Origin: Candidatus Eiseniibacteriota bacterium
GTDB taxonomy: Bacteria > Eisenbacteria > RBG-16-71-46
NCBI GenBank assembly: GCA_044222065.1
Contig: JBGAOA010000040.1
Location: 1-39,774, forward strand
Direction: 5' to 3'
DNA: 39,774 nt
Part shown: one piece after another, positions 1 through 11,691 of the stretch
Position numbering within the stretch: the first letter of the stretch is position 1
Layout of the letters: each line of letters starts with the position of its first letter
Notes under the pieces: model-generated
What the model saw: only the letters and a program-made list of their open reading frames with translations
What the model was told of the DNA's origin: nothing
Databases searched by the model: none
Made by a program: the position numbers and the translations under genes

Positions 1-62
1 GCCGGGTTCTCCGCGACGACGGTCTCCACGGCGCGTCGGAACGTCTCCTGGAATGCGCTCAT
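1..62 (-). CDS. 5' end of a possible CDS running off the left edge (MSAFQETFRRAVETVVAENP...)
   Basis: ATG at 62-60 preceded by a purine-rich GGTGGTAAGGA, and open to the window edge. Only about 20 codons are visible. Confidence 0.4.
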   Translation of the reverse strand, partial: MSAFQETFRRAVETVVAENP

Positions 63-152
63 TCCTTACCACCCGGGTCTACGCGATTCGGCTCGCAGGC
101 GAGATTCCGTTGGCGCTGAACCTCGCGGGGAATCCTGCTCGCCTCCGCCCCG

Positions 153-3100
153 CTACCTCCCCACCCTCACCACGCTCGGCACGCGCCTCACCACGACCGC
201 GCCGTCCGCCGCCGTCGCGGGCTTCCCGTCCACGGTGACCCGCTCGGGCACGATGCCGGCGCGCGGCAACTGCACCACGATCCCGCCGCGCGGCACGCGC
301 AGCGCGCCGCCGATCCTCAGCACCGCGGAGTCGCCTTCGCGCTTCAACGTGTAGTCGAGCGTCCCGTACGCGGTCGAGAGCCCGCGAACGCTCACGCCGT
401 CCGCGTCGTCCATCCACTCGCGCGGCACGCCCGCGCACAGCACGAGCGACGAATCGGCGTCGCGCTCGTACGCGAGGCCGTCCAGGATCGAGCGCACGAA
501 ATCCGATCCGACCCACGTGTGCGGCAGGTCGCCGATGTACTTCGCCTGAGCGGGCGCGTTCCACACGACCTCGGCCCACTCGCGCCAGCCCTCGGGCGTG
601 CGCTGCGTCAGGAACCAGCGCGTGAGTTCGTTCGCGCGCTCGCGCCAGCCGAGCCGCACGAACGCGCCGATGTTGCGCATCTCGTACGGCGTGAAGGCGT
701 CCCACGACTCCTTGCCGTCGCGGCGGTTCGTGAAGTTCGTCCAGTACTGCTCGAACGTCGCCTCGAACGCGCTCGCGGGCGCGACGCCGCGCGATTCCGT
801 CGGCGAGAACGCGATCGTCGTGGACGTGGCGTCGAAGTCGCCCAGGTCGGCGCAGCCCGGCACGTACGCGATCTCGTGCTTCGCGCGCGCGGCCGCGATG
901 GACGCCGTGAACGCCGCTCGGAACTCCTCCCCGCTCGCCGCGATCCACTTTGCGTCGGCGGTCTTCCGAAGCGACCGCGCGAGCCACAGCGCGTCCTCGT
1001 AGCCTTGCAGCGCCCAGAAGTCGTCCCAGTACGAGTGCATCGGCTTCGCCGAGTAGCCCTCGTGGCTGATGGACGGCGGCAGCACGCCGCGGAACTCGGC
1101 GTTCTTCGGATCGTCCCACTCGCCGCCGAGGCGCTGGCGCCGCAGCGTGTCGAGGTACGCGACCGCCGCGCGCACGTGCGGCCACATCCGCTCCGCGGTC
1201 GCGCGGTCGCCGGTGTGACGCAGGTACTCGGCGACGAGAAAGACGAACTCGCCGTGGCTGTCGTGCTCGGGCACCGGGTCCGAACCGCGCCAGTCCACGC
1301 AGCACGGCACCTTGCCGTCCGCGTACTGGTGCGGCGCGAACCACTCGAGGTAGCGCCGCACGTCCTCGTGCTTGCCCCAGCGCAGCAGTGCGGTCGCCGT
1401 GAGCGCGCCGTCGCGGATCCACGAGCGCGCGTACGCGCGCGAACCCGGCTGCGTCGCGGCGCTGTCGCGGTTGACGAGGATCCAGCCGATCTGTGCGCGC
1501 AGCGTGTTCTCGAGGTCGCTCGCGCCTGCCGGCAGGTGGATCTCGGCGGGCCCGAGTTCGCGGCGCCACTGCGAGCGCACGTACGGCACCAGCTCGGACG
1601 TCGGCGGGAACGGGAACGGCGACCACGTGCGCTCGTTCGGCCGCGACAGCATCAGGTCGAGCGCAACGACGATCGAGTCGCCGGGCGCGAGCGAGAACGC
1701 GTGCGCCTGGGCGGCGGACGCGCGCGCGTTCGAGTCGGCGACGGTCGCGGCTTCGGGCAGGCGGTCCTTCGCGAGGTACTCGACGATGTCGCCAGCGTCG
1801 AACGTCGTCGCGCCGAAACCCTGCGGCACGGTGCCAACGATCCAGCCCGCGCCCTGGTTCAGGAACACGTTGCCGACGCGCCCGCTGATCGTCTTGAGCG
1901 CCACGGCGCCGCCGGGCCAGTTGAGGAACTGCACGGGCGGATTCACCTGGAACGGGCGGATCGCGAGGTACAGCGTGCCGTCCTTCCGCTCGGCGGACGT
2001 ATTGCGCACGGTGTAGAGCGCGCGCGTGAACTGCGCACCCTGGTGCGTGTACGGCAGTGCGGTCACGGTCAGCTCGACCGGAGCGCCGCGCCAGCGCGTC
2101 GTCGGGATCGGCAGGTCGCCGTCCATGAGCGTCTGCTCGGTCGTCACGTCGGCCCACGTCCACAGCCGGTCGTTCGCGAACACGAACGGCTCGATGCTCG
2201 GCTTGCCGAGTCCCAGGTCGATCGCGCCGTCGGTCGAGAGGAAGCTCTCTTCCTTGCCGAGCGCGGTGCCGACGACGGACCAGAAGCTCATCTCGTTCGC
2301 CATGCCGCGCGGGTACCAGCCGCGCGGGCTCGCCTTCGCGATTCCCGCGTAGAACGCGTTCACGCTCGCGCCGACGTCCAGCGGCAGCAGCGTCACACCG
2401 GCGAGCGCGATCGCCTTTCCGGGCACGTCGCCGGCGGCCTCGAGCCGCACGAAGCGCGCTTCGGACTCGGGCAGGTAGAACCAGTCGCGTCCGCCGTTGC
2501 CGCCGCGCACGGCGTCCACGCCGCGCCACGCGGCGCCGTCGTCCGACAGCTTCACGTCGTAGTCGCGCAGGTGCTCGCCGACGAGCCAGTCCACGGCGAG
2601 TCCGCCGAACTCGCGCGCGAGCCCGCAGTCGAGCTCGATCCACGGCCGCGCGTCCGATTCGGCCGGCCTCCACGCCGAATTGGCGTCGGCGTCCACGACG
2701 GCGGCGGACGGCGCCGCCGGCTGCTGCGACGACGCGCGCGCGACGATCGCGGGCGGCGCGTCGTTCGGCGGCGGCAGCTCTTCGAACGTCAGCTCGTCGA
2801 ACCACACGGTGCCTTTGCCGCCGCTCCCGGCCGTGATCGCGAACTCGATCGCCGCGATGTTCGTCGGCTCGCGCAGCCCGGTGGGGCCCCACGCGAACTC
2901 GATCTGGCGCTTGCGCGTCGTCACGGTCTGCCAGTCGCTCGCGAACACGAAGTCGCGCCGGTTCTTCCACCACACGTTCTCGCCGCGGTCGTCCACGAGC
3001 TTGAACTCGAGATTCTGCGGCGCAGTCGCGCCGCGCACGCGCACGGTGAAGCGGTAGTTCGCGGGCAGGTCGAGCCGCAGGGCGCGATGGATCACGGCGT

Positions 3101-3400
3101 AGCCGCCGCCCTTCTGGAAGTCGAAGTCCACGCGCAGCGCGTTGCCCTTCGCGCCGGGCTCGCTCGCGAGCTTCATGAGCACGCCGCTCGCGGGCATCGT
3201 CGTCCACGCGCCCGTGTCCTCGAACGCGTCGAGCACGCGCGGCGGCGCGAGCGCGCGCACCTGGGCCGACGTGGCCGCCGGCGCCGGAACCGCGGGAGCC
3301 GCGATCGCGCGGCCGTCGCGCGGCTTCGCCGCGGCCGCGCACGAAACGGCGCTCGCGCCGAACAGCGCGAGCGCCACGAGCGTCCACTTCGCGTCAGCGT

Positions 3401-3404
<4 letters not shown>
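153..3404 (-). CDS. Exported discoidin (F5/8 type C) domain protein with an N-terminal CBM-like domain and a C-terminal six-hairpin glycosidase-like domain, 1083 aa
   Basis: True start MNADAKWTLVALALF overlaps the upstream permease stop (ATGA, 3401-3404). Signal or lipoprotein-like N-terminus (SAVSC). Discoidin motif AVVDADANSAWR..WIELDCG..YDVKLSDDGAAW. (alpha/alpha)6-type motifs YARSWIRDG, EHDSHGE, HSYWDDFW, GDLPHTWV. Confidence 0.8.
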
Positions 3405-4218
<814 letters not shown>

Positions 4219-4222
<4 letters not shown>

Positions 4223-5115
4223 CGCGCCTCCTTCCGCTGCAGCCGCAGCTGCAGCAGCGTGCCGACCAGCATGAAGCCGAACAGCACGAACGCCATCGAG
4301 CTCGCGAGCCCCATGCGCCACCAGCGGAAGCCCTGCTCGTACAGCAGCAGCACGACCGTGACGGTGCTGCGCAGCGGGCCGCCCTGCGTCATCACGTACG
4401 GCTCCGAGAACAGCTGGAAGTTCCCGATCATCGTCAGGATGCCGACGAACACGAGCGTCGGGACGAGCGCCGGCAGCGTGATGTGGCGGAAGCGCGACCA
4501 GCCGCTCGCGCCGTCGAGTTCGGCGGCCTCGTAGAGTTCGCGCGGGATCGCCTGCAGTCCGGCGACGAAGATCAGCATGTTGTAGCCGAAGTTCTTCCAC
4601 ACGCTGAGCCCGATGATCGCGGGCATCGCCCACACCGGATTGCCGAGCCAGTCGATCACGGGCAGGTGCAGCGCCTGCAGCGTCGCGTCGATCAGGCCGT
4701 ACTTCGGGTGGTAGAGGTAGCGGAACACGATCGCGACCGCGACGAGCGTCGTGACGACGGGCGCGAAGAAGATGACGCGGAACAGTCCCTTCGCGCGCGC
4801 CGCGCGCGCGTTCACGAGCATCGCGGTCGCGAGCGACACGACGACCGACAGCGGGCTGCCGACGAACACGTAGATGAGCGTGTTCCTGAGCGCGCTCCAG
4901 AACTCGGCGTCGGTGAGCACGCGGCGGTAGTTGCCGGCGCCGAGGAAGCGGATCACCGACGGGTCGCCGATCGCGTAGATGTCGAAGTCGGTGAGGCTCA
5001 GCACGAGGCCGCCGATCACGGGCACGACGAAGAACACGGCGATCAGCAGCAGTGCGGGCGTCAGGAACGTCCACGCCGCGCGCTCCTGGCGCTGCAGGTC
5101 GTCGCGCCGTCTCAT
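4219..5115 (-). CDS. Carbohydrate ABC transporter permease (MalF-like)
   Basis: ATGA overlap at 5112-5115. LYEAAELDGAS EAA motif, WKNFGYNML, MTQGGP. Confidence 0.92.
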
Positions 5116-6401
5116 CGCGGCGCCCCCGCGGTCTCGACGCGGTGCCCGGCGAGCCAGCGGCGCTTCTCGAGCATGCGGTCCACGTCGCGATCGAGACGCG
5201 CGAGCGCCGAGTCGGGCGGCACCGCGCCGCGCACGGCGCGCTCCGCCCAATCCTGGAGCCGGATCGCGATGCTCTCGCACTCGGGCACGTTCGGCAGTCC
5301 CGCGGTGCGGCCGAGCTGGACGCCGAACGCGCGCGTGTTCGCGTCGTTCGTGAGCGAGGAGTCGCGCCACGACTCGGTGCGTGCGGGCAGGTCGCCGCAG
5401 ATCCGGTAGAAGCGCGTCTGCTGCTCGGGGCGCGACAGGAACTCGATCAGCTTCCACGCGCTCTCCTTGTGCTTCGACGAGCGCGTGATGACGAGGCTCG
5501 CGCCGCCCGCCATCGAGAGCCCGCTCTCGGGACCGTCGGGGCCCGGCAGCGGCGCCGTCGCCCAGATGTGCTGGCGGTCGGCGGGCAGCCGGCGCGCGAA
5601 CTCGCCGAGGTTCCACGGTCCCGTGATGTACATCGCGAAGTAGCCGCGGTCGAACTCCTGGTAGAGGTTCGCGATCTCGGTGTTCGAGACGGGCGGCGCG
5701 AGGCTGTCGCGGAACAGGCTCGTGAAGAACTCGAAGCCGCGCCGGAACTCGGGGCCCGAGAAGTCGCCGCGCGTGTCGCCGTCCTTCAGGATCTTCGAGC
5801 CCGCCTGAAGCCCGAGGATCATCTGCGGAGGCCACTCGTTGAGCGGCAGGAAGATCGCGTAGTGATCGCGCCCGCCGATGCGCCGGATCGCCTGCATCGC
5901 CGCGCGCCACCCCTCCCACGTCTGCGGCATCTCGTCGTATCCGGCGTTGGCGAGCAGGTCGCGGCGGTAGAACAGCACGCGCGTGTCCACGTACCACGGC
6001 ACGCCGTAGAGCACGGAGTCCACGACGTTCGTCTGCCAGATGCCGGGGAAGAACCCGTCGCGCCGCACGTCCGACGAGGCTGCGACCCGCGCATCGAGCG
6101 GCTCGATCGCGCGCATCGCGCTGAACTCGCTCACCCACGAATTGCCGAGCTGCGTCACGTCCGGGAGCGAGCCGCCGACGTGCGCGGTGAGCAGCTTCTC
6201 GTGCGCCGACGACCACGGCAGCTGCTGCACTTCGACCTTCACGCCCGGGTTCTCGCGCTCGAAGTCCGCGATCAGCTCCTGCACGACTTCGCCCTCGCGG
6301 CCCATCGCCCAGAAGCGCAGCGTCTCGCCGCGGCGCTCGCCCGAGCACGCGCCGAGTGCGAGCGCCAGCGCGGCGATCGCGAGCGAGCGGCGCGCGGTCA
6401 T
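5112..6401 (-). CDS. Sugar ABC transporter substrate-binding lipoprotein
   Basis: Start MTARRSLAIAALALALGAC (lipobox). FERENPGVKVEVQQLPW, YGVPWYVDTRVLFYR, AMYITGPW typical of CUT1 binding proteins. Confidence 0.92.
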   Translation of the reverse strand: MTARRSLAIAALALALGACSGERRGETLRFWAMGREGEVVQELIADFERENPGVKVEVQQLPWSSAHEKLLTAHVGGSLPDVTQLGNSWVSEFSAMRAIEPLDARVAASSDVRRDGFFPGIWQTNVVDSVLYGVPWYVDTRVLFYRRDLLANAGYDEMPQTWEGWRAAMQAIRRIGGRDHYAIFLPLNEWPPQMILGLQAGSKILKDGDTRGDFSGPEFRRGFEFFTSLFRDSLAPPVSNTEIANLYQEFDRGYFAMYITGPWNLGEFARRLPADRQHIWATAPLPGPDGPESGLSMAGGASLVITRSSKHKESAWKLIEFLSRPEQQTRFYRICGDLPARTESWRDSSLTNDANTRAFGVQLGRTAGLPNVPECESIAIRLQDWAERAVRGAVPPDSALARLDRDVDRMLEKRRWLAGHRVETAGAPR

Positions 6402-7882
6402 GGCGTCGCCGGCGCCGCGTCGAGCCAGCCGCCGGTGAAGCCGGCGCGGCGCAGACCCCGCACGAGGTGCGGGTTCCTGCGCATCGTGTTCCACACGAGC
6501 CCCGTGCGCGCGTTCTCGATCATCGCGACGATCGGGCCCTGGTCGATGCCGAGGTAATCGGTGTCGAACCAGCCGAGGCCGGGCACGACCCGGCCGTGGT
6601 GCGTGTCGGCGGCGACGTTCAGCGTCGGGTTGAACGCGTCCACGAAGCCGTAGCGGCCGAAGAGCGGCGCGCCGTAGCGCGCGCGCATCTCGAGCAGCGC
6701 GGCGACGCACTCCTTCGGCGCGAACGGGACCGAGCCGCCGGCGCCGGTCGGGGCGATCGTGCCGTCGTCGATCACCTCGGTGAAGCACGCGCCGCGCGCG
6801 GCGTACGTGCGGAAGTGGCGCTTGCGGCCGTCGATCACGAGGTCGGCGTCGAGCGGGCCGTCGCACGCCGACAGGCCCCACACGTTCTCGCCGTAGTCGC
6901 GGAAGCCCTCGGGATTCGCGATCGCGTACGCACGCTGGGACAGCGTCGCGCGCTTCGTGTTCTCGAAGTAGTCGAAGCCCTTGTCCTTCATCCACGCGTC
7001 CTGGATGCCGCGGAAGTCCACCCACACGTGCGAGTAGTGGTGACCGAACAGCGGCGCGAAGCCGAGCAGCGTCTGGCCGTGGAACTCGCCGAGCTGGTAC
7101 GAGCTCGTGTAGCCCTCCCACGCGCCGTCGGGAGCCGGGTGCGTCGGCGAGCCGAGCGCGAGCAGGTACAGGATCATGGTCTCGTTCAGGCCGCGGTAGT
7201 CGTACGGCAGGTGGCCTTCCTCGGGGAACCACCCGAGCGTCAGCACCGGCGGGCGCACGACGGCCCAGTCCCACTCGACGCGCGCGTACAGCGACTCCGC
7301 GATCGCGCGGACGTGCGCCTCGCGCGGCGTGTCGCGGTCGAACCAGCTCTGGCAGAAGAGCACGCCGGCCATGAGGATCGCCGTGTCCTGCGTCGAGAGC
7401 TCGACGCGCTCGAAGCGCACGCCGGTCGCGGGATCGAGGAAGTGGTAGAAGAAGCCGCGGTACCCGCTCGCGCCCGCCGCCGCCGTGTCCTGGCGCGCGT
7501 TCCAGAAGAACTCGAGCGTGCGCGTCGCGCGCTCGAGCGCCTGCTCGCGCGTGATCCAGCCGCGCTCGGCACCGATCGGGTACGCGGTGAGCGCGAAGCC
7601 GACGGCGGCGACGCTCGAGAACGACTTCGTCGGCCAGCGGTCGGGCGTGAGCCCGGTCGTGGAGTCGCTCGTGTCCCAGAACCACTCGAACGTCGCGCGT
7701 TCGAGCGAATCGAGGAACGCGATCTCGTTCGGCGCGAGCACGCCCGCGAGCGAATCCGCGGCGGGGCCGCGGGACGCGGAGCGCGGCGCGCCGCAGCCCG
7801 CGAGCGCGGCGAGCAGGAGCGCGAACAGGCAGGCGAGCGCCCGGGTACCGCGGCGAGGCTCCGTCCTCGGGGGCGCGATCAT
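6398..7882 (-). CDS. Glucoamylase-family / GH144-like endo-beta-1,2-glucanase, lipoprotein
   Basis: Lipobox LAGC. Motifs GFFYHFLD, ELSTQDT, LNETMILY, PLFGHHYSH, WGLSACDGP, DDGTIAPT, GIDQGPI characteristic of GH144/PF10091-type proteins. Confidence 0.85.
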   Translation of the reverse strand: MIAPPRTEPRRGTRALACLFALLLAALAGCGAPRSASRGPAADSLAGVLAPNEIAFLDSLERATFEWFWDTSDSTTGLTPDRWPTKSFSSVAAVGFALTAYPIGAERGWITREQALERATRTLEFFWNARQDTAAAGASGYRGFFYHFLDPATGVRFERVELSTQDTAILMAGVLFCQSWFDRDTPREAHVRAIAESLYARVEWDWAVVRPPVLTLGWFPEEGHLPYDYRGLNETMILYLLALGSPTHPAPDGAWEGYTSSYQLGEFHGQTLLGFAPLFGHHYSHVWVDFRGIQDAWMKDKGFDYFENTKRATLSQRAYAIANPEGFRDYGENVWGLSACDGPLDADLVIDGRKRHFRTYAARGACFTEVIDDGTIAPTGAGGSVPFAPKECVAALLEMRARYGAPLFGRYGFVDAFNPTLNVAADTHHGRVVPGLGWFDTDYLGIDQGPIVAMIENARTGLVWNTMRRNPHLVRGLRRAGFTGGWLDAAPATP

Positions 7883-7886
7883 GCGG

Positions 7887-8939
7887 TCAGCGTCCCGACT
7901 CGCCCAGTCCGCGGTTCCAGCGCGTGAGCCCCTCGGCGTCGGGCCACGCGACGCCGCACGAGCTGCGCACGACGAGCGTCGTCGGCAGCCGCTCGAGGCG
8001 GCCCTCCTCGTCGCCGTTCTCGGCGGGCGGCTCGAGCAGCAGGTGCACGGCGCGCTGGCCGAGGCCGAGCATGTCCACGCGCACCGTCGTGAGCGGCGGC
8101 GTGAGGTAGCGCGCGAGCGGAATGTCGTCGAAGCCCGCGATGCCGAGATCGCCGGGCACACTCAGCCCCGCGTCCTGGAACGCGCCGAGTGCGCCGACGG
8201 CCATGTAGTCGTTCGCGACGAACACGGCCGTCGGCCGCGGCTCGGCCTCGAGCAGGCGCTTCGCCGCCTCGTATCCCGAGTGTTCGGTGAAGTCGCCGCG
8301 GAACACGAGTTCGGGCGACGGCTCGAGCTGGAGCGCGCGCATCGCGTCGCGCCAGCCCTCGAGGCGCTGCTGCGCGTCCACGTTGCGCGCGGGCCCGCAG
8401 ATCGTCGCGATGCGACGGTGCCCGAGTTCGTGGAGGTGCCTGACGACCTCGACCGCGCCTTCGCGGTTCGCGATCGTGACGGCGCGCACGCCGGGGATGC
8501 GCGCTTCGGGGTTCAGCAGCACGGCGGGCACGTTTCCGGTGAGCGCCTTGAGCGACTCGGTGTCGAGGTCGGGCGCCATGACGAGCAGTCCGTCCACGCG
8601 CCCGCGCATCGAGCGCAGCGCGCTCGTCAGCTCCTGCGCGCTCGAACTCGTGCGCGACACGATCAGGTGGAAGCCGCGCTCGCGCGAGGCGATGTCGATG
8701 CCGTGGATCACTTCCGAGAAGAACTCGCCGTGCAGGTCGGGCAGCAGCGCGCCGAGCGTGTGCGTGCGGTTCGTGATGAGGCTGCGCGCGATGCCGTTCG
8801 GCCAGTAGCCGAGCCGCTGCGCCACCTCGACCACGCGCGCGCGCGTGTCTTCGCTCACGAGCGCGCTGTCGTTGAACACGCGCGAGACGGTCGCGATGGA
8901 CACGTTGCTCGCCTTCGCCACGTCACGGATCGTCGCCAT
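7887..8939 (-). CDS. LacI-family transcriptional regulator
   Basis: MATIRDVAKASNVSIATVSRVFN helix-turn-helix, hinge YWPNGIARSL, periplasmic-binding-like core (NDYMAVG, GFDDI, PPLTTV). Confidence 0.96.
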   Translation of the reverse strand: MATIRDVAKASNVSIATVSRVFNDSALVSEDTRARVVEVAQRLGYWPNGIARSLITNRTHTLGALLPDLHGEFFSEVIHGIDIASRERGFHLIVSRTSSSAQELTSALRSMRGRVDGLLVMAPDLDTESLKALTGNVPAVLLNPEARIPGVRAVTIANREGAVEVVRHLHELGHRRIATICGPARNVDAQQRLEGWRDAMRALQLEPSPELVFRGDFTEHSGYEAAKRLLEAEPRPTAVFVANDYMAVGALGAFQDAGLSVPGDLGIAGFDDIPLARYLTPPLTTVRVDMLGLGQRAVHLLLEPPAENGDEEGRLERLPTTLVVRSSCGVAWPDAEGLTRWNRGLGESGR

Positions 8940-9022
8940 GGATCACTCCCCCCGCGTCGCCGAGGGGCGCGCGGCGCGACGGCGGCCGTCGCGATCGGGT
9001 GAGGGGATGCGTGTTCCTTCGC

Positions 9023-10648
9023 TCATCGCACCTTCACGGTCTTGCACGCGGCCGTGCGCCCGCCCGCTTCCACGCGGACGAGGTACACGCCGGCACCCAG
9101 GTCACGGTCGTTCCACTCCACCGTCTGCTCCCCCGCCGAACGCGTGCCTTCGAACACGCGCGTCACGAGGCGGCCGTGGACGTCGAACACGTCCACCTTC
9201 GCCGTCCCCGCCGCGGGCAGGCGGAAGCGCACGAGCGCCGAGCCGCGGAACGGATTCGGTTCGGTCGCGATCGCGAGATCCGAGCCCGCGCGCGTCGGAG
9301 CCGGCTCGACGTCCGCGGTCGTGGCGGGCAGGAAGCCCGCCTTCGCGAGCCCCGCCTGCACGTACGGGTTCGACATGAAGCGGTTCCACACGGCGCCCGT
9401 GCGGTAGTTCTCGATCATGATCACGATCGGGCCCTGATCGATGCCGATGTGGTCCGCGTCGTACCAGTTCACGGTCGGGTTCAGCGCGTCGCGGAATCCG
9501 TACGGTCCCCAGATGTTCGGGCGGTAGTGATCCCACAGGTTGTGCATCACGCGCAGCGCCTCGACGTGCGCCCACGGCAGCGACGAGGCGGCCGCGGTCG
9601 GCGCGATCGTGCCGTCGTCGTTCATGCCGGGCGGCGCGCCGCGCGCGTTGTAGCCGGTCGGTCCGTCGCACGCGGTGAGCCCCCACAGGCTGTCCGAGTA
9701 GCCCGTCCAGTGCAGCGGATTGAAGGCGGCGTACTCGATCTGCGCCATCGTCGCGCGGCGCGAGTTCTCGAAGTACGTGATGCCCTTCGTGCGCATGTAC
9801 TGGTCCTGGATGTGGCGGAAGTCGATCCAGCAGTGCGAGTACTGGTGGCCGAACAGCGGCTGGAAGTACACGTGCTGGTAGCCGTACCAGCTGGCCCAGA
9901 AGTAGCCGCCGGTCCAGTAGTTCCAGTCCGAGGCGGGCACGGTCTTGTTCGGGTTCGGATGCCCGAGCGCGAGGATGTACATGACCATCGCTTCGTTGTA
10001 CCCGCGCCACCGCCCGAAGCCGTTGAAGTTCGTGCCCGGCTTCCAGCCCATGAGGAGGCCGTCGCTCAGGTTGCGCATGAATTTCCAGTCGGCGCGCCGG
10101 TAGAGCGTGTCGGCGAGCGCGCGGATCGCCACCTCGTCCGTGTCGGGCTGGTCGAAGTACTGCATTGCGTCGATCACGCCGGCGAACAGCAGCCCCGTGT
10201 CGATCGTCGACAGCTCCGAGTCCCACGTGCGCGTGCCGGAGTTCATGTCGAGGAAGTGGTAGAAGAGCCCCTTGTAGCCGGTGTACGCCCCGCTCGAGCT
10301 GCTCTGCGGGCCGTCGTAGAGCCACTGCAGCGTCGTGCGCACGCGCTGGCGCGCCTGCGCGCGAGTGATCCAGCCGTGATCGCTGCCGATGCAGATTGCG
10401 GACAGGCCGAAGCCCATCGAGGCGATGCTCGCGGGCGAACTCGGCGTCGAGCGGTCCTTGACCATGCCGTTCGCCGGATTCGCCTCGTTCCAGAAGAAGT
10501 TGAACGACGCGTGCTGGAGCGTGTCGAGCAGCGCGGTCGAGGAAATGGCGTGCGCCTCTCCCGCGACGAGCGCCGCGCCGAGCGCGCCGGCGAGCGCGAG
10601 GGCCGCGACGCGGCGCGCGGCTGCGGATGCGAATGCGAGATGTCTCAT
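9023..10648 (-). CDS. Secreted GH144-like beta-1,2-glucanase with a T9SS type-A-like / FlgD-Ig C-terminal domain
   Basis: Signal peptide ending AHA. Same GH144 motifs (ELSTIDT, YNEAM, PLFGHQYSH, GIDQGPI). CTD PNPF..VDVFDVHGRLV..AGVYLVRV..KTVKVR. Confidence 0.87.
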   Translation of the reverse strand: MRHLAFASAAARRVAALALAGALGAALVAGEAHAISSTALLDTLQHASFNFFWNEANPANGMVKDRSTPSSPASIASMGFGLSAICIGSDHGWITRAQARQRVRTTLQWLYDGPQSSSSGAYTGYKGLFYHFLDMNSGTRTWDSELSTIDTGLLFAGVIDAMQYFDQPDTDEVAIRALADTLYRRADWKFMRNLSDGLLMGWKPGTNFNGFGRWRGYNEAMVMYILALGHPNPNKTVPASDWNYWTGGYFWASWYGYQHVYFQPLFGHQYSHCWIDFRHIQDQYMRTKGITYFENSRRATMAQIEYAAFNPLHWTGYSDSLWGLTACDGPTGYNARGAPPGMNDDGTIAPTAAASSLPWAHVEALRVMHNLWDHYRPNIWGPYGFRDALNPTVNWYDADHIGIDQGPIVIMIENYRTGAVWNRFMSNPYVQAGLAKAGFLPATTADVEPAPTRAGSDLAIATEPNPFRGSALVRFRLPAAGTAKVDVFDVHGRLVTRVFEGTRSAGEQTVEWNDRDLGAGVYLVRVEAGGRTAACKTVKVR

Positions 10649-11691
10649 TCTTCATTGCCTCCGAACGTGATTCCGAAGCTCAGGCGATGGACGTCTCCGA
10701 GACGTCCGAAGTCCGCCCAGGCGTAGTCCACGCGATAACCGTAATCGTCGTAGCGGCCGAGGTACCCGAAGCCCGCGGTCGGACCGGTCTCGGCGTCGGT
10801 GAGGAACGCGTCCTGCCAGCCCGCGCGCAGCGCCATCGTGCGACGGAGCACGAGCTCGAGCCCCGCGCTCACGCTCTCCTGCTGGTCGTTCGGATGGAGC
10901 GCGTCGAGCACCGCGTCGAGCTTCGCGTCCTTGCCGAGGTCGAACGTCTGCCCCACGCCGACGCGGAACACGACCGGCATGTCGAACGCGTCCATCGCGA
11001 GGTTCGCCGGCAGCGAGCCGTTGTCGCCGAAGCGCTCGGGATCCGAGTCGTACAGCAGACGAAGGTCGCTGCCCGAGTAGCGGCCCTGCGTGCCGAAGTA
11101 CGCGAGGCTCGAACCGAGGCGGAAACCGCGGTCCGAGACGCGGTAGAGCGTGCCGAAGCTCGCGGTCGCGGCGCTCGTCGTGCTGTGCCAGATGGACTCC
11201 TGCATCCAGTGCACCTGGCCGCCGACCGAGAAGCGGTCGGTGATCTGGCGCGCGTAGCCGAGCCCCAGCGCGACGTCGTTGACGCTGAACTGCTCGCCCG
11301 TGCCGAGCGGCGACTCGACCGTGCGCACGAGCATGTCGCCCGATCCGAGCGACGTGAACGTCGCGAACACGCCGCCAAAGCGCCCGAGCGGCATGCCGAA
11401 GCCGATGTAGTTGAGCCGCGTGCCCGCGAGCCACTCGGCGCTCGAGAACACGGCCTCGTAGCGCTCGAGCTCGGCGGCCGAGGCCGGGTTGTAGTACACG
11501 CCGTCGATGCCCGCGTTGAACGACGAGGCAGCGTTGCCGAGCGCCGCCATGCGCGCGCTCGGCTCCACGAGCAGGAACTGTCCGATCGTCGTGCCGGCCT
11601 TGCTCTGCGCCGACGCGGCGCCGGCGCAGGCGAGCAGCGCTGCGAGGGCCGCGAGCGCCGTCCGTGCGAGGAAACCCGTGCGCGCGCTCAT
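10645..11691 (-). CDS. PorV/PorQ-family outer-membrane beta-barrel (T9SS shuttle-like)
   Basis: Signal peptide, then K.GTT..QFL...SARMAALGNA..YYNPA, FSVGGQV, LRAGW, VDYAW..FGRLG.VHRLSF. ATGA-coupled at both ends. Confidence 0.83.
   Translation of the reverse strand: MSARTGFLARTALAALAALLACAGAASAQSKAGTTIGQFLLVEPSARMAALGNAASSFNAGIDGVYYNPASAAELERYEAVFSSAEWLAGTRLNYIGFGMPLGRFGGVFATFTSLGSGDMLVRTVESPLGTGEQFSVNDVALGLGYARQITDRFSVGGQVHWMQESIWHSTTSAATASFGTLYRVSDRGFRLGSSLAYFGTQGRYSGSDLRLLYDSDPERFGDNGSLPANLAMDAFDMPVVFRVGVGQTFDLGKDAKLDAVLDALHPNDQQESVSAGLELVLRRTMALRAGWQDAFLTDAETGPTAGFGYLGRYDDYGYRVDYAWADFGRLGDVHRLSFGITFGGNEE

Noticed and set aside
6398..10648. Reading the 'glucoamylase-family' proteins and Mal-like permeases as a starch/maltose system
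   Set aside because: The motifs match the GH144-type family rather than GH15 or GH13, and no alpha-amylase-like gene is present.
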